From a virus: 64,000 nucleotides of DNA. The translations under genes were made by a program, and so were the position numbers. Where the stretch lies: the IMG/VR virus record IMGVR_UViG_3300043436_004480, positions 29,745 through 93,744 of that record; one strand, 5' to 3'. Shown here piece after piece: positions 46,801 to 55,373 of the stretch (the first letter of the stretch is position 1; every line of letters starts with the position of its first letter). Under the pieces are notes generated by a model. It was not told the DNA's origin. It saw nothing but the letters and a program-made list of their open reading frames with translations, and searched no databases.

Positions 46801-49800
46801 CTGTGTTTGCAAACTCTATAACTAACCAATTGGAAAGTAAAAAGAGGAATGTGAACGTAATGAAGCTACTGTCTGGAGAAACTACTGCTAATAATGAACA
46901 CAAGTTTAAATTTAGTGTAGATTTGCCGATTATTTCCAGTTTGTTTGAAGAAGCATTTTCTTCTTTTTTTGGGAAAAATGTAAACCGTCAAAGAGTAGCA
47001 GGTTTAAAACTTACTCTTGCTCCTTCAAAAGGAATGACTTATGAAGTTACAAAAGCAGGAAAACCTACTTATAATACATTAAGAAGAGATGAAGAAAAGT
47101 ATGACTATAAAGAATTAAAAATTCATAGATACGAAAGCGGAGAATTCAAATTTGCAGAAGTTTTAATATCAGAAGAAATTCTTGATGATATAAAAATTTC
47201 TCGTAAGGATTTCTTAGCTCTTTCTGAAGAAGAACAACAGAAAGCTTTGCAAATGATTGGTTATAGAATACCAACTCAAGCAGCGCACTCAATACTTCCT
47301 ATAAAAGTAGTTGGTATTTTACCAAGATATTACGGTTCTGTTGTATATATGAACGAAGAAGCCGTAGCAATAATGGGTGCTGACTACGATATTGACTCCT
47401 TATTTGTATTTAGAAAAAAGATACAATCTATATCTACTATAAATGCACAAACAAAGAAAAAAACTACTCGTCTTCTTACTCATGAACTTAATTCAGAAGA
47501 TAGACTTGACAGTTGGCTTCAATACATGTATTCTGAAAAGAAATTTAGAGGTTTCTTAGAAAGATACGCAGAAACAAGAAGTAAAGAAGAAGGAAATGTA
47601 ATAACTCTAAAAGATATTCTTTCTATTGATGAAGAGAAAGTAATGTTATTTGGAAAATTGCAGCAGATGGGAATAATATCTCCTAACGAAAATGCTCCTA
47701 ATTATTATTCGCCTTTTCAACAGCAAAATAGAATCTTAGAACTTAATCTCGGCTTTATAAAAAGCATGAGTCAAGAAGAATTAGAAGAAGTTGCATTACG
47801 TCCAGCAGGAACGTCTTTAGTAAAGAATGTTGCAGACACAATGGCTGAATTCTTAGGATTTAACAAAAACGATGAATTCGGTTTTAATTTTCCTTCTGAA
47901 CAGCAAGAATCACAAATTCGTAATACTGTCGGAAAGAAAAACGTAGGTAATGCGGTAGCAGTTGCAGTTGCTGCCTTAGCAGTAGCTAAAAACGAATCAG
48001 TTGTAGCACATTTGTCAAACCCTCTTGGTTTAAGTGTTATTGATAGTTCTGATAGTTATGAAGCAGATGTTGCTTATGATAAAAATACAGGATTGCTTGT
48101 TATTTCTGAAAACGAAAGACAAGTTCCTAAACAATTAAGTTTTTCAGACGTTTCTTCATCTTCAACAGATGACGCAAAAGAAAACAATGCTTATAAACTT
48201 AATATAACTGAATTTACTATAAAAAGAGTAAGCGCAGGTATAGCAATGGGATTAGGAATAACTAGATCGTTACTTCTTAATACTATTCCTATAATGAAGT
48301 ATATAGCTAACTTTGAAAAACAAGGACAAAGTGCGTATGATATAAAAGAAGACTTTTTGAAAAAATCTATTGATTTTACAAAAGCTTATGAAGATTTAGC
48401 TAAAAAACCAATTCGTCTTGATAGACAAAATCCAAAACCGGCATTGATTAGATTTAATGAGATGTTAGCAGATGGAATAAATTTCTTTAAGACTGACACC
48501 GGTAAAGTAGTAAAGTCTATAATGAGAGATACGGACTCTTTTGTTTTTTCAAAAGACGTAATAGCAGAACTTAAACAAAAATTAAACGAAGAGCAGAAAA
48601 AAGATTTCGGTTTATTCTTAATAAACCAAAGAGAACTTCTTGATTTGTCTGATTATTTAGGTGACGTTGCTACTTTATTACTTAGATACAGAAAAGTAAA
48701 TTCTAAAGGAAATAAAGAGGTAGGAACTACGCTTGCAGATTATCAAGAAATTGTTGATAATTTCGAATCAGAAAAAGAAATACAAGAAAAAGTATTATCT
48801 GGAGAGTGGGAAGTACCTGCAATAGTAAGAACTGACGGAGTTCCAGCTATAACTAAAAACGGAGAAGCAATTTATAGAAATGCACTTCGTGTTTTAGAAG
48901 ATTCTGAAAATTATACTTTGAAAACAAATAAGATGTTCAGAAAATCTTATATGTCAACAAAAGGAATGTTTTATTCAGACAAGCAGAAAAAAGAAAAGAT
49001 GTTAATTGACTCTTTCTTTAACTGGTTTAATATTCAGGCTGCAAAAAGACGTAGTTCAGCAATAAAAGACACCCAAACTTTAGCTAAGGAATATATCTTT
49101 TCAAAAGATAACAATGTAGCCAAGAAAATAAATACTTTATTAGCAAGTAGTCCTGAGTTACAAAAACTTCTTAGAAAAAATACTTTCTGGAAAAAGTTAG
49201 AAATAACAGACATTGATCATCAAAAAGGTATTTTTGCAGCAGAAATAAAGTTTCCAAGTTATTCTACTAAAGATACTATGGTAGAAGATAAAATTATTCA
49301 AGATGCATCTATAATATTTACTAATTTAAAACTTAGTAACTTTTCAGAACAGGATAAACCACTTGCTGAAAAACTTTCAAAGGAATTAAAAACTCTTCGT
49401 GAATATTTAACTACTTATGAATTACTAAGATCAGGATTGTCTTATAAAAATAATAGTTACACTTCAAAGATGCCTGCATCTTTATTTTCAAAACAATCTG
49501 ACTTTTTAGAAAATTTAAGAACTGAAATTTTTGCAGAAGTAACCAGAGAAGAGGCAGCATTAGTAGCTAAAAAATACTCTGTTGATCCGAGTGTTATAAC
49601 TAAAATGGATGTAGTTTCCAGAAGACTGTATTATTTACTAAATCCTAATGCAGAATCAGAAAACAAACCTTACAAACCCGGAACATCAGAAAGTGCATGG
49701 ACACATAGATTTAATTATTTTTCTGTTTATTTCAAAAAGAATGAAAACAGAATATCTTTGTCTTCAGTTTTTGGAAGTGTAACAAAAAATGAAACTGACA

Positions 49801-51605
49801 TAAACAAAATAGTAAAGTCTATAAATTCAGCATTTGCAGCAGAAAAATTTGGTCTTTCTGGAAACTCCCAGATTTTTGAAGTAAAAGAAGAGGAATTAGG
49901 AAAAAAGTTAAACTTTTCTTTAAATCAATCAGCGATTGATTTACTAAGTCCTGAACAAAAATCTGCATTCTTATCTAATTTTAGGAATTACTTATTCTTT
50001 AACAAAAAAGAAGAAAAGTATGAACTTGCTTTACCTATGGTGATAAGAATGTCTTATGCAGCAAACCCTCATGTTTACATAAGAACAGATGCAAAAAAAG
50101 GTAATTACACTAGAATTGACAAATTAGATGGTCTTGAAGACTTACCATTTGATATAAATTCATTTAGTTCTGGAGAAGAATTAGATAAATTTATGAATAC
50201 TCCAGAAGTTAAAGCATATTTAGCAGAGATTAAAAAACAAAGAGATGCAAACTTACCTCCGAATACAGTATCTGGACTTGCAGGTTATTCACAAGAAGAT
50301 TTTAGGACTGGTCAATCAGAAGATGATTTTGATTCAAGTTATGTTCGAGAAGCTTCTGCGGAAGATGATAAATTTAATCCTGATTTAATAGGTTTTAGTA
50401 CTGTTGGTGAAAGTTTTGAAACTCCGTCAACTTCAATAGGAAAAAATATAGTTTCTATAAAAATTCCACAACTTAAAGTAAGTGGAGTGATGTCTTATCA
50501 AACTACGCAAAATGCAACAGATGAAGCAAAAGAAAAAATAGGAAGTAGTAATCCAACCAGTTTAGAATTAATAAAGTTTGGATTTAGAACAAGAACAACA
50601 CGCTCTGCATCAGAAATGAAAAAATATAATCTCAAAAAAGGAGATTTAGTTTATCAATCTGGAATTATAAATGGCAAACCTGCTGAAATTCTAACAAGAA
50701 TAACAGATGTAATTTACAAAAACGATCCTCGTTTTGTATCAACTTGGAATCAAGAAGGATGGACAGAAGAAGGAAAGTTTGTTCTTGATACAAAGTATAA
50801 AGATGCTGAATCAGGAGCAATATTTTTTGAAGTTATAGAAAATGAAAAACCTTCTGAAAACAGCCCAGAAAAGAAAGAAGACTCTGGAATTTCTATAAAT
50901 TCTCCAAGAAAGCCCAAACCAAGAAAAGTTGATGACAACGAAGCACCTGACTTTTTGCAAAAAGCTTCAAACACACAACAAATCTCACTAGATGCAGCAG
51001 AAACTATTTTGAAAAAACTTTCTTCAAAACTTAACTTGCCGTATTCTTTTGTTTCTGGTACTGGAAAATGGATAGGAAGATTTGACGAAAGAACCGGAGG
51101 AGTAGAAATAAATCAAAATGCAGAAATTGGTTTAGATACTCCTTTTCACGAATTTCTGCATCCTTTTATTTTAATGATTCAGAAAACTCGTCCTGAATTA
51201 TATAATTCTCTAATTGACCAAATTATAGAAGAGGGAAAAACTTTAACAAGAATTTCGGAACTTTATCCTGAACTTTCACAAGAAGGAATAATAATGGAAG
51301 CAATAGTAACTAAGACTGGCGAACTTGCAGCAGGAATTTACGCAAACAAAAAAGAACAATCTTTATTCCAGAAAGTTTTATCTGAAATAAAATCTATTAT
51401 TAGTTCTATTTTGGGAATTAACGAAGATTTCGTATCTTTAGATAACGCTACATCTTTGTTTGACTTAGCGCAAATAATGAATGATAATAATTCTTACGAC
51501 ATGTCTTCATTATTTAATCAGAATAAAGAAACACATTTAGCAAAGCTAAAAATGACGGTTTCTTCTTTAGTAAAATCAGACACTTTAACTTTCAGTTGCA
51601 AATAA
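37812..51605 (+). CDS. giant virion-associated RNA polymerase polyprotein (~4597 aa)
   Basis: GYRIPTQ and catalytic GADYDIDS (47382-47396), ATDGAAY; also PD-(D/E)xK and HExxH domains; ATG at 37812. Confidence 0.9.
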   Translation: MAKQQKPTVPVVNRSTQEIDQISKMFDNVKGGLDSYGNTARTSFIGKDDYTTSQYDTERTQFDDMEAVYNARNANQSYFDIAGNMLGKVGVRALSATIDLGAMISGSGVSGVPLYLFDKYVRDKHQNVNSFWDGYKESVFDNSITDLADLVQEFGDDNFQQQYSADQRKSDGVSLKRIVTEGVPDAAGFILSAWLTGGTSGATSLVGGAAKAATGIGLAGKGLNALKASKSFGKMMTVFPQETKAILSAASKGADVTEDIIKLSNAARNATRWNLAKSAFTGSLGEASQEGRATRKEVEKELVENYMRENGIANEEDIDVFTRASLRSAATDAGVVNFAINSAILTGSNLLSFPTYFKRFQHGKRELGKFVNKGINPDDAYDLVKKTTKQRVGDAAKRYGETFIKQGTPESVQELLQTMSSSGVTNYYSNKFSEKEAEEATSAIGGFLSLFADTISSTEGLEGMIVGGLIGGAPAIVANEKERGAKRKEAAELVTALNNSQAKSQYPKLFKGIVDNLNSQKKKDTALVADDIFTFKNEDHKQIFDYMNLRLDLDREEDIKADIENLKVADPDILDELFGAKNSEVEGFSYADLATKLEEKLEAVKKTRDKINLNYTTLDQETKNQLMYFASAVDNFDKRENQIVEELAAQTGVSVDTIRETYKSYKDTDAVDYKDVILRESKKKFNVNPILDSLDTLADSLGLSSATKKSFLDFETEKKKTEPDFKTDLDSLFKIITGEAGTTSSLFSGDNTKPANSELSSVIDENAFSDEYKSLISSAKTDYAAKKLKGNQTRNEKGQFGENEDFSPQSEQINKTFSDLKKVADTRETYYKYYTELSRNPFAQARFRNEVEQDKKRYAEYISKILAQPVTTPAELASAETNTSASNSIAEAGKKATPTSGSIPFSEMPSGYETGTGDNSGLPTPSGNQIIQQPPAKPTEEKKPNQKKEEPSKGTGTNTSTQTLKEALAKVVQKSNTISLNEKGDGYVVKGLGKFFRRATSVVGREFTGGKSKQTNQIALGNAFDVLGKLTFGKEGAEASEEDKAKLLPIFPSISQELADITDGLAGIRKSLETGSKTRPKAINFYTGLKLANTTGLNIAGEIDLLVEYEDGSLQIVDFKSTSSTDYILDNYLPQLSLYQSLLQRELNLPDVNFREPAIINIATKVDPNNSTLRIFDEKSVKAISLTDTEDKKNLGIKTRSFLSMLLEYEGFTDEYFSLPENRNDLEAVARYNQELLRNPNINHEVELLDNGLTAIYAELSDGSGAKESKHVSYIHTDSTLKAYNIENAKMLLSEIEKDTWAKDNLLKPDIKREIRSTFDKLNRVRNVRNSLTKGKRNKLSVKISYSPDFFVSEKDWKQQRTLADMIAAGDIPIGSYVYESLRKKDNNSYSVKPLKETGTPADLTATAQGLNAKFPTDKWILVLPKADSTVAPKRVTLRPLPIFKEDGTSLTKSSREKLDSLRKLATSNFEASKATDILNSLVFIPTQKQYEVEIEGADGKIKKENTNYDFRVSVAGKLSDTELAVTYQVTSYKYENDTYTPVDFTFTGSMELLSEDEFEFLLDMPTTVNKGKMFEGSEFLGKTNKQIFNELLGKDGKPGVTEAKGKFAIDKSSFLLGSPTSASELVPLLNQDVPIKVVKEFAEQAVGEEVQDLKKSETVANKVVDNLVTPVTIKQEDEDTGYSLFSGNNLVSADLQDIKNRLSKILPSSVEVSSIMSMVQKLNLTGAELGMVYKNAIYLANKIEKGTEYHEAFHIVFRSILSEKQRAELLEEELRNNPVSQEEVDSFKNLHPSYKFLTNEEALEKLLEERLADRFQTYQVKKDSTSLVGKFFNYLKDLVSSLFKNRSKIDSIFAEISAGKFRNSALSYNGKAVLFKALPAMMVSESDYLVRWISSEIAADFTNREQGDNLEEAKENAYEGLTDSYLDNLTERYYAESGMQMSKEEYDNLDIASKQYYVATKSGEYLPKSGFLDLSARPAFLAELRNEILNKFNNYAYFDSDLEDIRSGASETANLKDYEAENNTVGGLDSINKKVTGWLDSIFYINEKGRKVMINVQQVHAKLITNLADSLSGEELISKLEKIAGTKSNPRDRELLAVLDAYNGSNMKKEVQLLFLNSYNKVYMDSVTTLLNSSMKKIQLDMVETNGIATDGSTKLVNENNRAALREYLGNFSGNFNIITKDKNRTLLNSELQEEYEDISKSIQELSEDEQQPILERMKFILEEHLGMDLSVETLRENYVLTDNLETKEVKESISEILKFVTKKGQNPFLDDSKGTNNRSRLHKIILSEMKYSLEPISALTYKDATNKNRYAITGMFEEKKRLLRFQRDGAFLREIVENDYFKFSSLFSSGTDGIGKISSTLNSIKLTFVNGLSYKKTKNNGKRTFKDFNSADHILSKLSLYEKGYISPFVHESGSTQTAYDLGKLFEKNELLDRTVEALEKVKDSTGKVKPVNLNESFAVQYANILKQDIHLAIENEKLLRTAKRKLAELQKLAKSKDEKVAKDAKEELFKESYLNDLVLGLSFKYETDGESFVYDEEGNRKVIFLKDPKHRTFNSIGGVDLFAVIKTEINGLGEIRKEEQLNSDLISYLTDLVEAGADQTAQINKILSNSKTGSYASVFQKIRSEIHKITTASVKKEMKFARDQGVDYASFFKATAGVSIYEKAEQYLYEKAVRSFLGSVYVNQMITGYSGAHINFKNNVDIAKRSKDKTSSGMDMSNYAFVNDSETTVNFAIIPDDISRSSKKQSKKAAEYDIIATDGAAYVTANFMKMYLKSTVGISPKQEEILDIIANPYRWNEIVNVGGIKNYLREIRPNDSEYMKALNTLDLAPKKSFVANPGSYDKLNQGGEMFKDASFFLSPELIFTLKNGELVPRKGMERQAHLLKQMTLQNIDSAVYVSSSKATKRNLSVIHPTDPSKMFLKSTPISMEHIKEQVRMESGKLKVVHGTQLIELADISSVKPEEREEYQTLLANTRESAQNLYSLSRKLITKNGLTVFANSITNQLESKKRNVNVMKLLSGETTANNEHKFKFSVDLPIISSLFEEAFSSFFGKNVNRQRVAGLKLTLAPSKGMTYEVTKAGKPTYNTLRRDEEKYDYKELKIHRYESGEFKFAEVLISEEILDDIKISRKDFLALSEEEQQKALQMIGYRIPTQAAHSILPIKVVGILPRYYGSVVYMNEEAVAIMGADYDIDSLFVFRKKIQSISTINAQTKKKTTRLLTHELNSEDRLDSWLQYMYSEKKFRGFLERYAETRSKEEGNVITLKDILSIDEEKVMLFGKLQQMGIISPNENAPNYYSPFQQQNRILELNLGFIKSMSQEELEEVALRPAGTSLVKNVADTMAEFLGFNKNDEFGFNFPSEQQESQIRNTVGKKNVGNAVAVAVAALAVAKNESVVAHLSNPLGLSVIDSSDSYEADVAYDKNTGLLVISENERQVPKQLSFSDVSSSSTDDAKENNAYKLNITEFTIKRVSAGIAMGLGITRSLLLNTIPIMKYIANFEKQGQSAYDIKEDFLKKSIDFTKAYEDLAKKPIRLDRQNPKPALIRFNEMLADGINFFKTDTGKVVKSIMRDTDSFVFSKDVIAELKQKLNEEQKKDFGLFLINQRELLDLSDYLGDVATLLLRYRKVNSKGNKEVGTTLADYQEIVDNFESEKEIQEKVLSGEWEVPAIVRTDGVPAITKNGEAIYRNALRVLEDSENYTLKTNKMFRKSYMSTKGMFYSDKQKKEKMLIDSFFNWFNIQAAKRRSSAIKDTQTLAKEYIFSKDNNVAKKINTLLASSPELQKLLRKNTFWKKLEITDIDHQKGIFAAEIKFPSYSTKDTMVEDKIIQDASIIFTNLKLSNFSEQDKPLAEKLSKELKTLREYLTTYELLRSGLSYKNNSYTSKMPASLFSKQSDFLENLRTEIFAEVTREEAALVAKKYSVDPSVITKMDVVSRRLYYLLNPNAESENKPYKPGTSESAWTHRFNYFSVYFKKNENRISLSSVFGSVTKNETDINKIVKSINSAFAAEKFGLSGNSQIFEVKEEELGKKLNFSLNQSAIDLLSPEQKSAFLSNFRNYLFFNKKEEKYELALPMVIRMSYAANPHVYIRTDAKKGNYTRIDKLDGLEDLPFDINSFSSGEELDKFMNTPEVKAYLAEIKKQRDANLPPNTVSGLAGYSQEDFRTGQSEDDFDSSYVREASAEDDKFNPDLIGFSTVGESFETPSTSIGKNIVSIKIPQLKVSGVMSYQTTQNATDEAKEKIGSSNPTSLELIKFGFRTRTTRSASEMKKYNLKKGDLVYQSGIINGKPAEILTRITDVIYKNDPRFVSTWNQEGWTEEGKFVLDTKYKDAESGAIFFEVIENEKPSENSPEKKEDSGISINSPRKPKPRKVDDNEAPDFLQKASNTQQISLDAAETILKKLSSKLNLPYSFVSGTGKWIGRFDERTGGVEINQNAEIGLDTPFHEFLHPFILMIQKTRPELYNSLIDQIIEEGKTLTRISELYPELSQEGIIMEAIVTKTGELAAGIYANKKEQSLFQKVLSEIKSIISSILGINEDFVSLDNATSLFDLAQIMNDNNSYDMSSLFNQNKETHLAKLKMTVSSLVKSDTLTFSCK

Positions 51606-51606
51606 A

Positions 51607-54600
51607 ATGGTTTGTGAAAACGGAATATCAGAAATTCAAGTAAGAGCAAAGAATGGGAAACCGTCTTTGCTCTTTGAATCAATTTTAAAAGACGTAAATG
51701 GAGATAAGTCAAAAGCATTGGAACACTATGCAATGGCTAATACTCCTGAATTTTTGAATTGGTATAAAGGCGAACTTGATGAAAATGGAGAACCTGTATT
51801 TAATAAAGGTTTTATTTCAGAAGGAGTAAATAAATATTATTATCAAACTTCGAACTCTTCTCAGAAAACAAAGACTCAGGATTTGATAGATTCTGCGATC
51901 TTAAATCTAAAACGTAAAATGAAATTTTACGAAAGTAGAGAAAGTTATGAAACTTTATCTGATGTTGCAAAATTACATACTAAAGAATTAGGTATTTTAG
52001 CAGATAGAATTTCTGAACTGGAAGAACACCAAGCAGTTGTAGAATATTTACTAGCTTCTCAGAAACATATTCAATCAGCAAGAAGTAGATTTGATGCTTT
52101 GCAAAAAGAAGTAAGTAATCCAAATCCATCAAAAACTAAATCTCAATTATTAAATGAATTGCACCAAGTGCATGCATACGTTTCAGATTATACTTTAGCT
52201 ATGCAAATGGCTTATAATTATGAGTCGTTTAATAATTTAGATCCAACAAAAAGAAAAGAATATGATGAATATACTACTGAGAGAGAGCCAGATACAAAAT
52301 TAGTTGATGTAATTGCAGATATATCTACTAATGGTGGATATATAAGTCAAACATATTTAGTTTTAGCTAGAGAAATAATGGCTGATGCTCTTTATGACGC
52401 AGACGATTTTTCTAAAATAAATGAAGAGTTAATCGCAGCAGGAAAACCTATAATAACTAAAGAAAGTTTTAAAAAAGAACTTGCAGTATCATCAAAAGAT
52501 ATTGGGCCTGTATCAAGATGGTTTGGCTCTTTAATTTCTGTAAATGATCCTGTATTAGCGGCATTTGCTAAAAAAGTAAAATCAGTTATAGATGTTGTAA
52601 GAAGAAACAGTATCTCAACAGAAGCTAGAATAGATCAGGCCAAAAAGAAATACGAAGCTGCATCTGGAATATCTTCAAATAACTTAAAAATGTTCAATGA
52701 ACCTTTTTATGAAGAGGTAGATACTATAAATGAATTAGGAAATGTCGTAAAACGTCTTGCTTTTGTTAATAAAATTGATTATGCAGGTTACCAAAAAGCA
52801 CTTAGGGAAAAAGAAGCTGAAATTGAAAATAGAGAAGAAGCTTTACAAAAAGCGTTACCTAATTCAACAGATCCTCAGCTAATTTTGTCTCAGATTAAAG
52901 CAGTCAGACAGGAACTAAGAGATTGGAAAAGTGTAAACTTTGATGATGTTAAAGAAGAACCAAGATACCCATTATGGAAAAATAAAAAATATGAACTTCT
53001 TGAAGCAAACAAACCTGCATTTGAATACTATTCAGAACTAAAGTCAGTTTTGTTCGAAGCCAAACTAAAATTACCAAAGAGATATAGAAACTATCCTTAT
53101 TTACCTTCTATAAGAAGAGAAAAATTAGATAGATTAACAGAAGGAGATTGGAAATCTTTGGTCAGAGAAGTCAAATCTAGTTTTTCTGATCCTATTAGAG
53201 ATACAGATACGGAATATGGATTGTTGACTATTGATGGTCAAGAAAGCAGAAGTGTTCCTATTTTTTATCACAATGAATTATCCGCAGACGAAACAAGTTA
53301 TGATTTGTACAGATCTTTTACTCTGTATGCAAAAATGGCAGATAATTATAGAGAGTTATCTTCTATTCAAGCAGACGTAGAAGTTTTTACAGATATAATA
53401 AATAGTAGGAATGCTGCAAAAACTACTGCTTCTGGAAGTATGGTTCAAGAAGGATTTGCAAAAAGAATAGGTATAGAAAGATTTATAAATAAATCAGAAG
53501 AACCTAGATTTAGACAAATGTTTAATGACTATCTTTCTGCAATCTATTATGGAGAAACTAGAGCGCAAGAAAATAAAACACTTTTGAAATGGAGTGATAC
53601 ACTAATGAAATATGTAGCGCAAAATTCATTAGCAATGAACGTATATTCAGCAGTGAATAACTTAGCTTATGGGCAAATTCAAAACTTTATAGAAAGCGCA
53701 GGTTCTAAATTTTATAGTCCGAAAGATTACAAAGACGGAATGGCTATGTATTTTAAAAACTCTGCTCAAATATTAGCAGATGTATCAAAAGCAAGTGGCA
53801 AATCTAAAATTTCTCTAGTTTCTGAACTTTTTGAATTTAGACAAGGATTTAGAGATTATACAACTGGCGATAAGTCTAATATTATTAAAACTGTAATTGG
53901 TTCTGAACCTTTGATGGTTCTTCAAAATATAGGAGAACACAGCATTGGATATGGAATAGGGCTTGCATATTTAAATGGCACAAAAGTAAAAACAAAATCT
54001 GGAGAAACTATAAGTCTTTATGATGCTTACGAAAAAGACGGAGACAATCTTGTATTCAGAAAAGATCTAGCTTTATCAAAAGAGGAATTAGAAAAAATTC
54101 AAAGAAAAGCACAAGAACATATTTCATATCTATTTAAAAAACTACAAGGTAACTATTCTCAACTAGATAGTGTTGCAGCAAGTAGATATGTAATGGGAAG
54201 ATTTGCATTACTATTCAGAAAACATTTATATACAGGTGTGAAAAGAAGATGGGGAGAAAATAGAGTAAATTATGAAGCCGGAGTTGTAGAAGAAGGTTCT
54301 TACATACAATTTTTTAAAGCTGTTAGCAAAGCGGCACAAGCAGCTTGGAAACTAGATAGTCCTTTGTTTTTAAAAGAAGCAAAAGGTATTTATTCTGGAG
54401 AAGCTAGAAAAGCAATGTTGGAATTAGCAGCAGTTGCAGTAATATTTGTATCAATAGGACTAATATGGGATGATGAAGAAGACGAAGAAGATCAGGAAGG
54501 ATTGTTCTGGAAATATCAGTTAACTAGATTATCTTCTGATTTGTTTTTTTACATAAATCCATTTGATATGTGGAGAACTGCAAAAAACCCGACTTCTGCA

Positions 54601-54804
54601 ATCGGAACTGTAAACAAAATGTTGAAATTTATTCAGCAGTTATTTAATCCATTTGAAGAATACGAAAGAACTCAAGGAACTAGAAAATCAGGAGATAGTA
54701 AACTACTAGCAAAATTTGAAGATCTAATTCCTGTGATTACACAAATTGAAAACTTACTTACACCAGAAGAGCAACTTAGTGCTTTTGAGAACTTGGGTGT
54801 ATAA
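51607..54804 (+). CDS. large ejected/internal virion protein following the RNA polymerase
   Basis: 1065 aa, helical; LQGNYS, FALLFRKH and EEGSY motifs; synteny. Confidence 0.7.
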   Translation: MVCENGISEIQVRAKNGKPSLLFESILKDVNGDKSKALEHYAMANTPEFLNWYKGELDENGEPVFNKGFISEGVNKYYYQTSNSSQKTKTQDLIDSAILNLKRKMKFYESRESYETLSDVAKLHTKELGILADRISELEEHQAVVEYLLASQKHIQSARSRFDALQKEVSNPNPSKTKSQLLNELHQVHAYVSDYTLAMQMAYNYESFNNLDPTKRKEYDEYTTEREPDTKLVDVIADISTNGGYISQTYLVLAREIMADALYDADDFSKINEELIAAGKPIITKESFKKELAVSSKDIGPVSRWFGSLISVNDPVLAAFAKKVKSVIDVVRRNSISTEARIDQAKKKYEAASGISSNNLKMFNEPFYEEVDTINELGNVVKRLAFVNKIDYAGYQKALREKEAEIENREEALQKALPNSTDPQLILSQIKAVRQELRDWKSVNFDDVKEEPRYPLWKNKKYELLEANKPAFEYYSELKSVLFEAKLKLPKRYRNYPYLPSIRREKLDRLTEGDWKSLVREVKSSFSDPIRDTDTEYGLLTIDGQESRSVPIFYHNELSADETSYDLYRSFTLYAKMADNYRELSSIQADVEVFTDIINSRNAAKTTASGSMVQEGFAKRIGIERFINKSEEPRFRQMFNDYLSAIYYGETRAQENKTLLKWSDTLMKYVAQNSLAMNVYSAVNNLAYGQIQNFIESAGSKFYSPKDYKDGMAMYFKNSAQILADVSKASGKSKISLVSELFEFRQGFRDYTTGDKSNIIKTVIGSEPLMVLQNIGEHSIGYGIGLAYLNGTKVKTKSGETISLYDAYEKDGDNLVFRKDLALSKEELEKIQRKAQEHISYLFKKLQGNYSQLDSVAASRYVMGRFALLFRKHLYTGVKRRWGENRVNYEAGVVEEGSYIQFFKAVSKAAQAAWKLDSPLFLKEAKGIYSGEARKAMLELAAVAVIFVSIGLIWDDEEDEEDQEGLFWKYQLTRLSSDLFFYINPFDMWRTAKNPTSAIGTVNKMLKFIQQLFNPFEEYERTQGTRKSGDSKLLAKFEDLIPVITQIENLLTPEEQLSAFENLGV

Positions 54805-54805
54805 A

Positions 54806-54837
54806 TTTGTGCTAAGTGCCTAATAGTCTTATCTTTA
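54806..54837 (+). promoter_or_regulatory. promoter for the lysis/tail-fibre block
   Basis: TTTG-N20-TATCTTTA, with ATG 4 nt downstream. Confidence 0.55.
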
Positions 54838-54841
54838 TATA

Positions 54842-55108
54842 ATGAACATTGTAAAAAAGTTACTGGCATCTTTTGATACAAAAACTGATGGGTTTTCAGC
54901 AAGAAAACTTACAGCATTTGGTTATTTTATGTTAGTAACTTTTTTGCATATTGTAATTTATTTAAAAGACAAAACAGATTTTCTGTTTGAATTTTTGATA
55001 GTTGACACAGTTGCAATATTAACTCTGTTATCAGTAATTACTGTTCAGAAATTAATTGACAATTATTCAGTTAATAAAAACAAACGTGATGAGCAATCAC
55101 CAGAGTAA
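54842..55108 (+). CDS. holin-like 2-TM protein
   Basis: GFSARKLTAF plus two TM helices and a charged tail. Confidence 0.65.
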   Translation: MNIVKKLLASFDTKTDGFSARKLTAFGYFMLVTFLHIVIYLKDKTDFLFEFLIVDTVAILTLLSVITVQKLIDNYSVNKNKRDEQSPE

Positions 55109-55373
55109 AGAAATGTCTATTCAACATATAGAAGCATACATAAAACCAGTAATATTATCATTACTAGGTGTTACTTACGGAAAGTTAAGTTTAGTAAACG
55201 TATCCGTAATAACAACTTTAATTCTTGATATTACAGGAATTGCAGCAAATATGGAGCAAGTAATTCACATGATTGTATTATTAAGTGGAGCAGGGACAAG
55301 CGTAACTGGATTTGGATATATTGTATTCAAATTCTATCGAGATTATCGTGAATTCAAAAACTCAAAACGATGA
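55089..55373 (+). CDS. holin/antiholin-like membrane protein
   Basis: 2-3 hydrophobic segments and a basic C-terminus. Confidence 0.55.
   Translation: MSNHQSKEMSIQHIEAYIKPVILSLLGVTYGKLSLVNVSVITTLILDITGIAANMEQVIHMIVLLSGAGTSVTGFGYIVFKFYRDYREFKNSKR

Noticed and set aside
15066-51605. Introns or inteins in TerL, major capsid or RNA polymerase genes
   Set aside because: ORFs are uninterrupted and I saw no intein splice motifs or homing endonuclease signatures; not excluded without an HMM search
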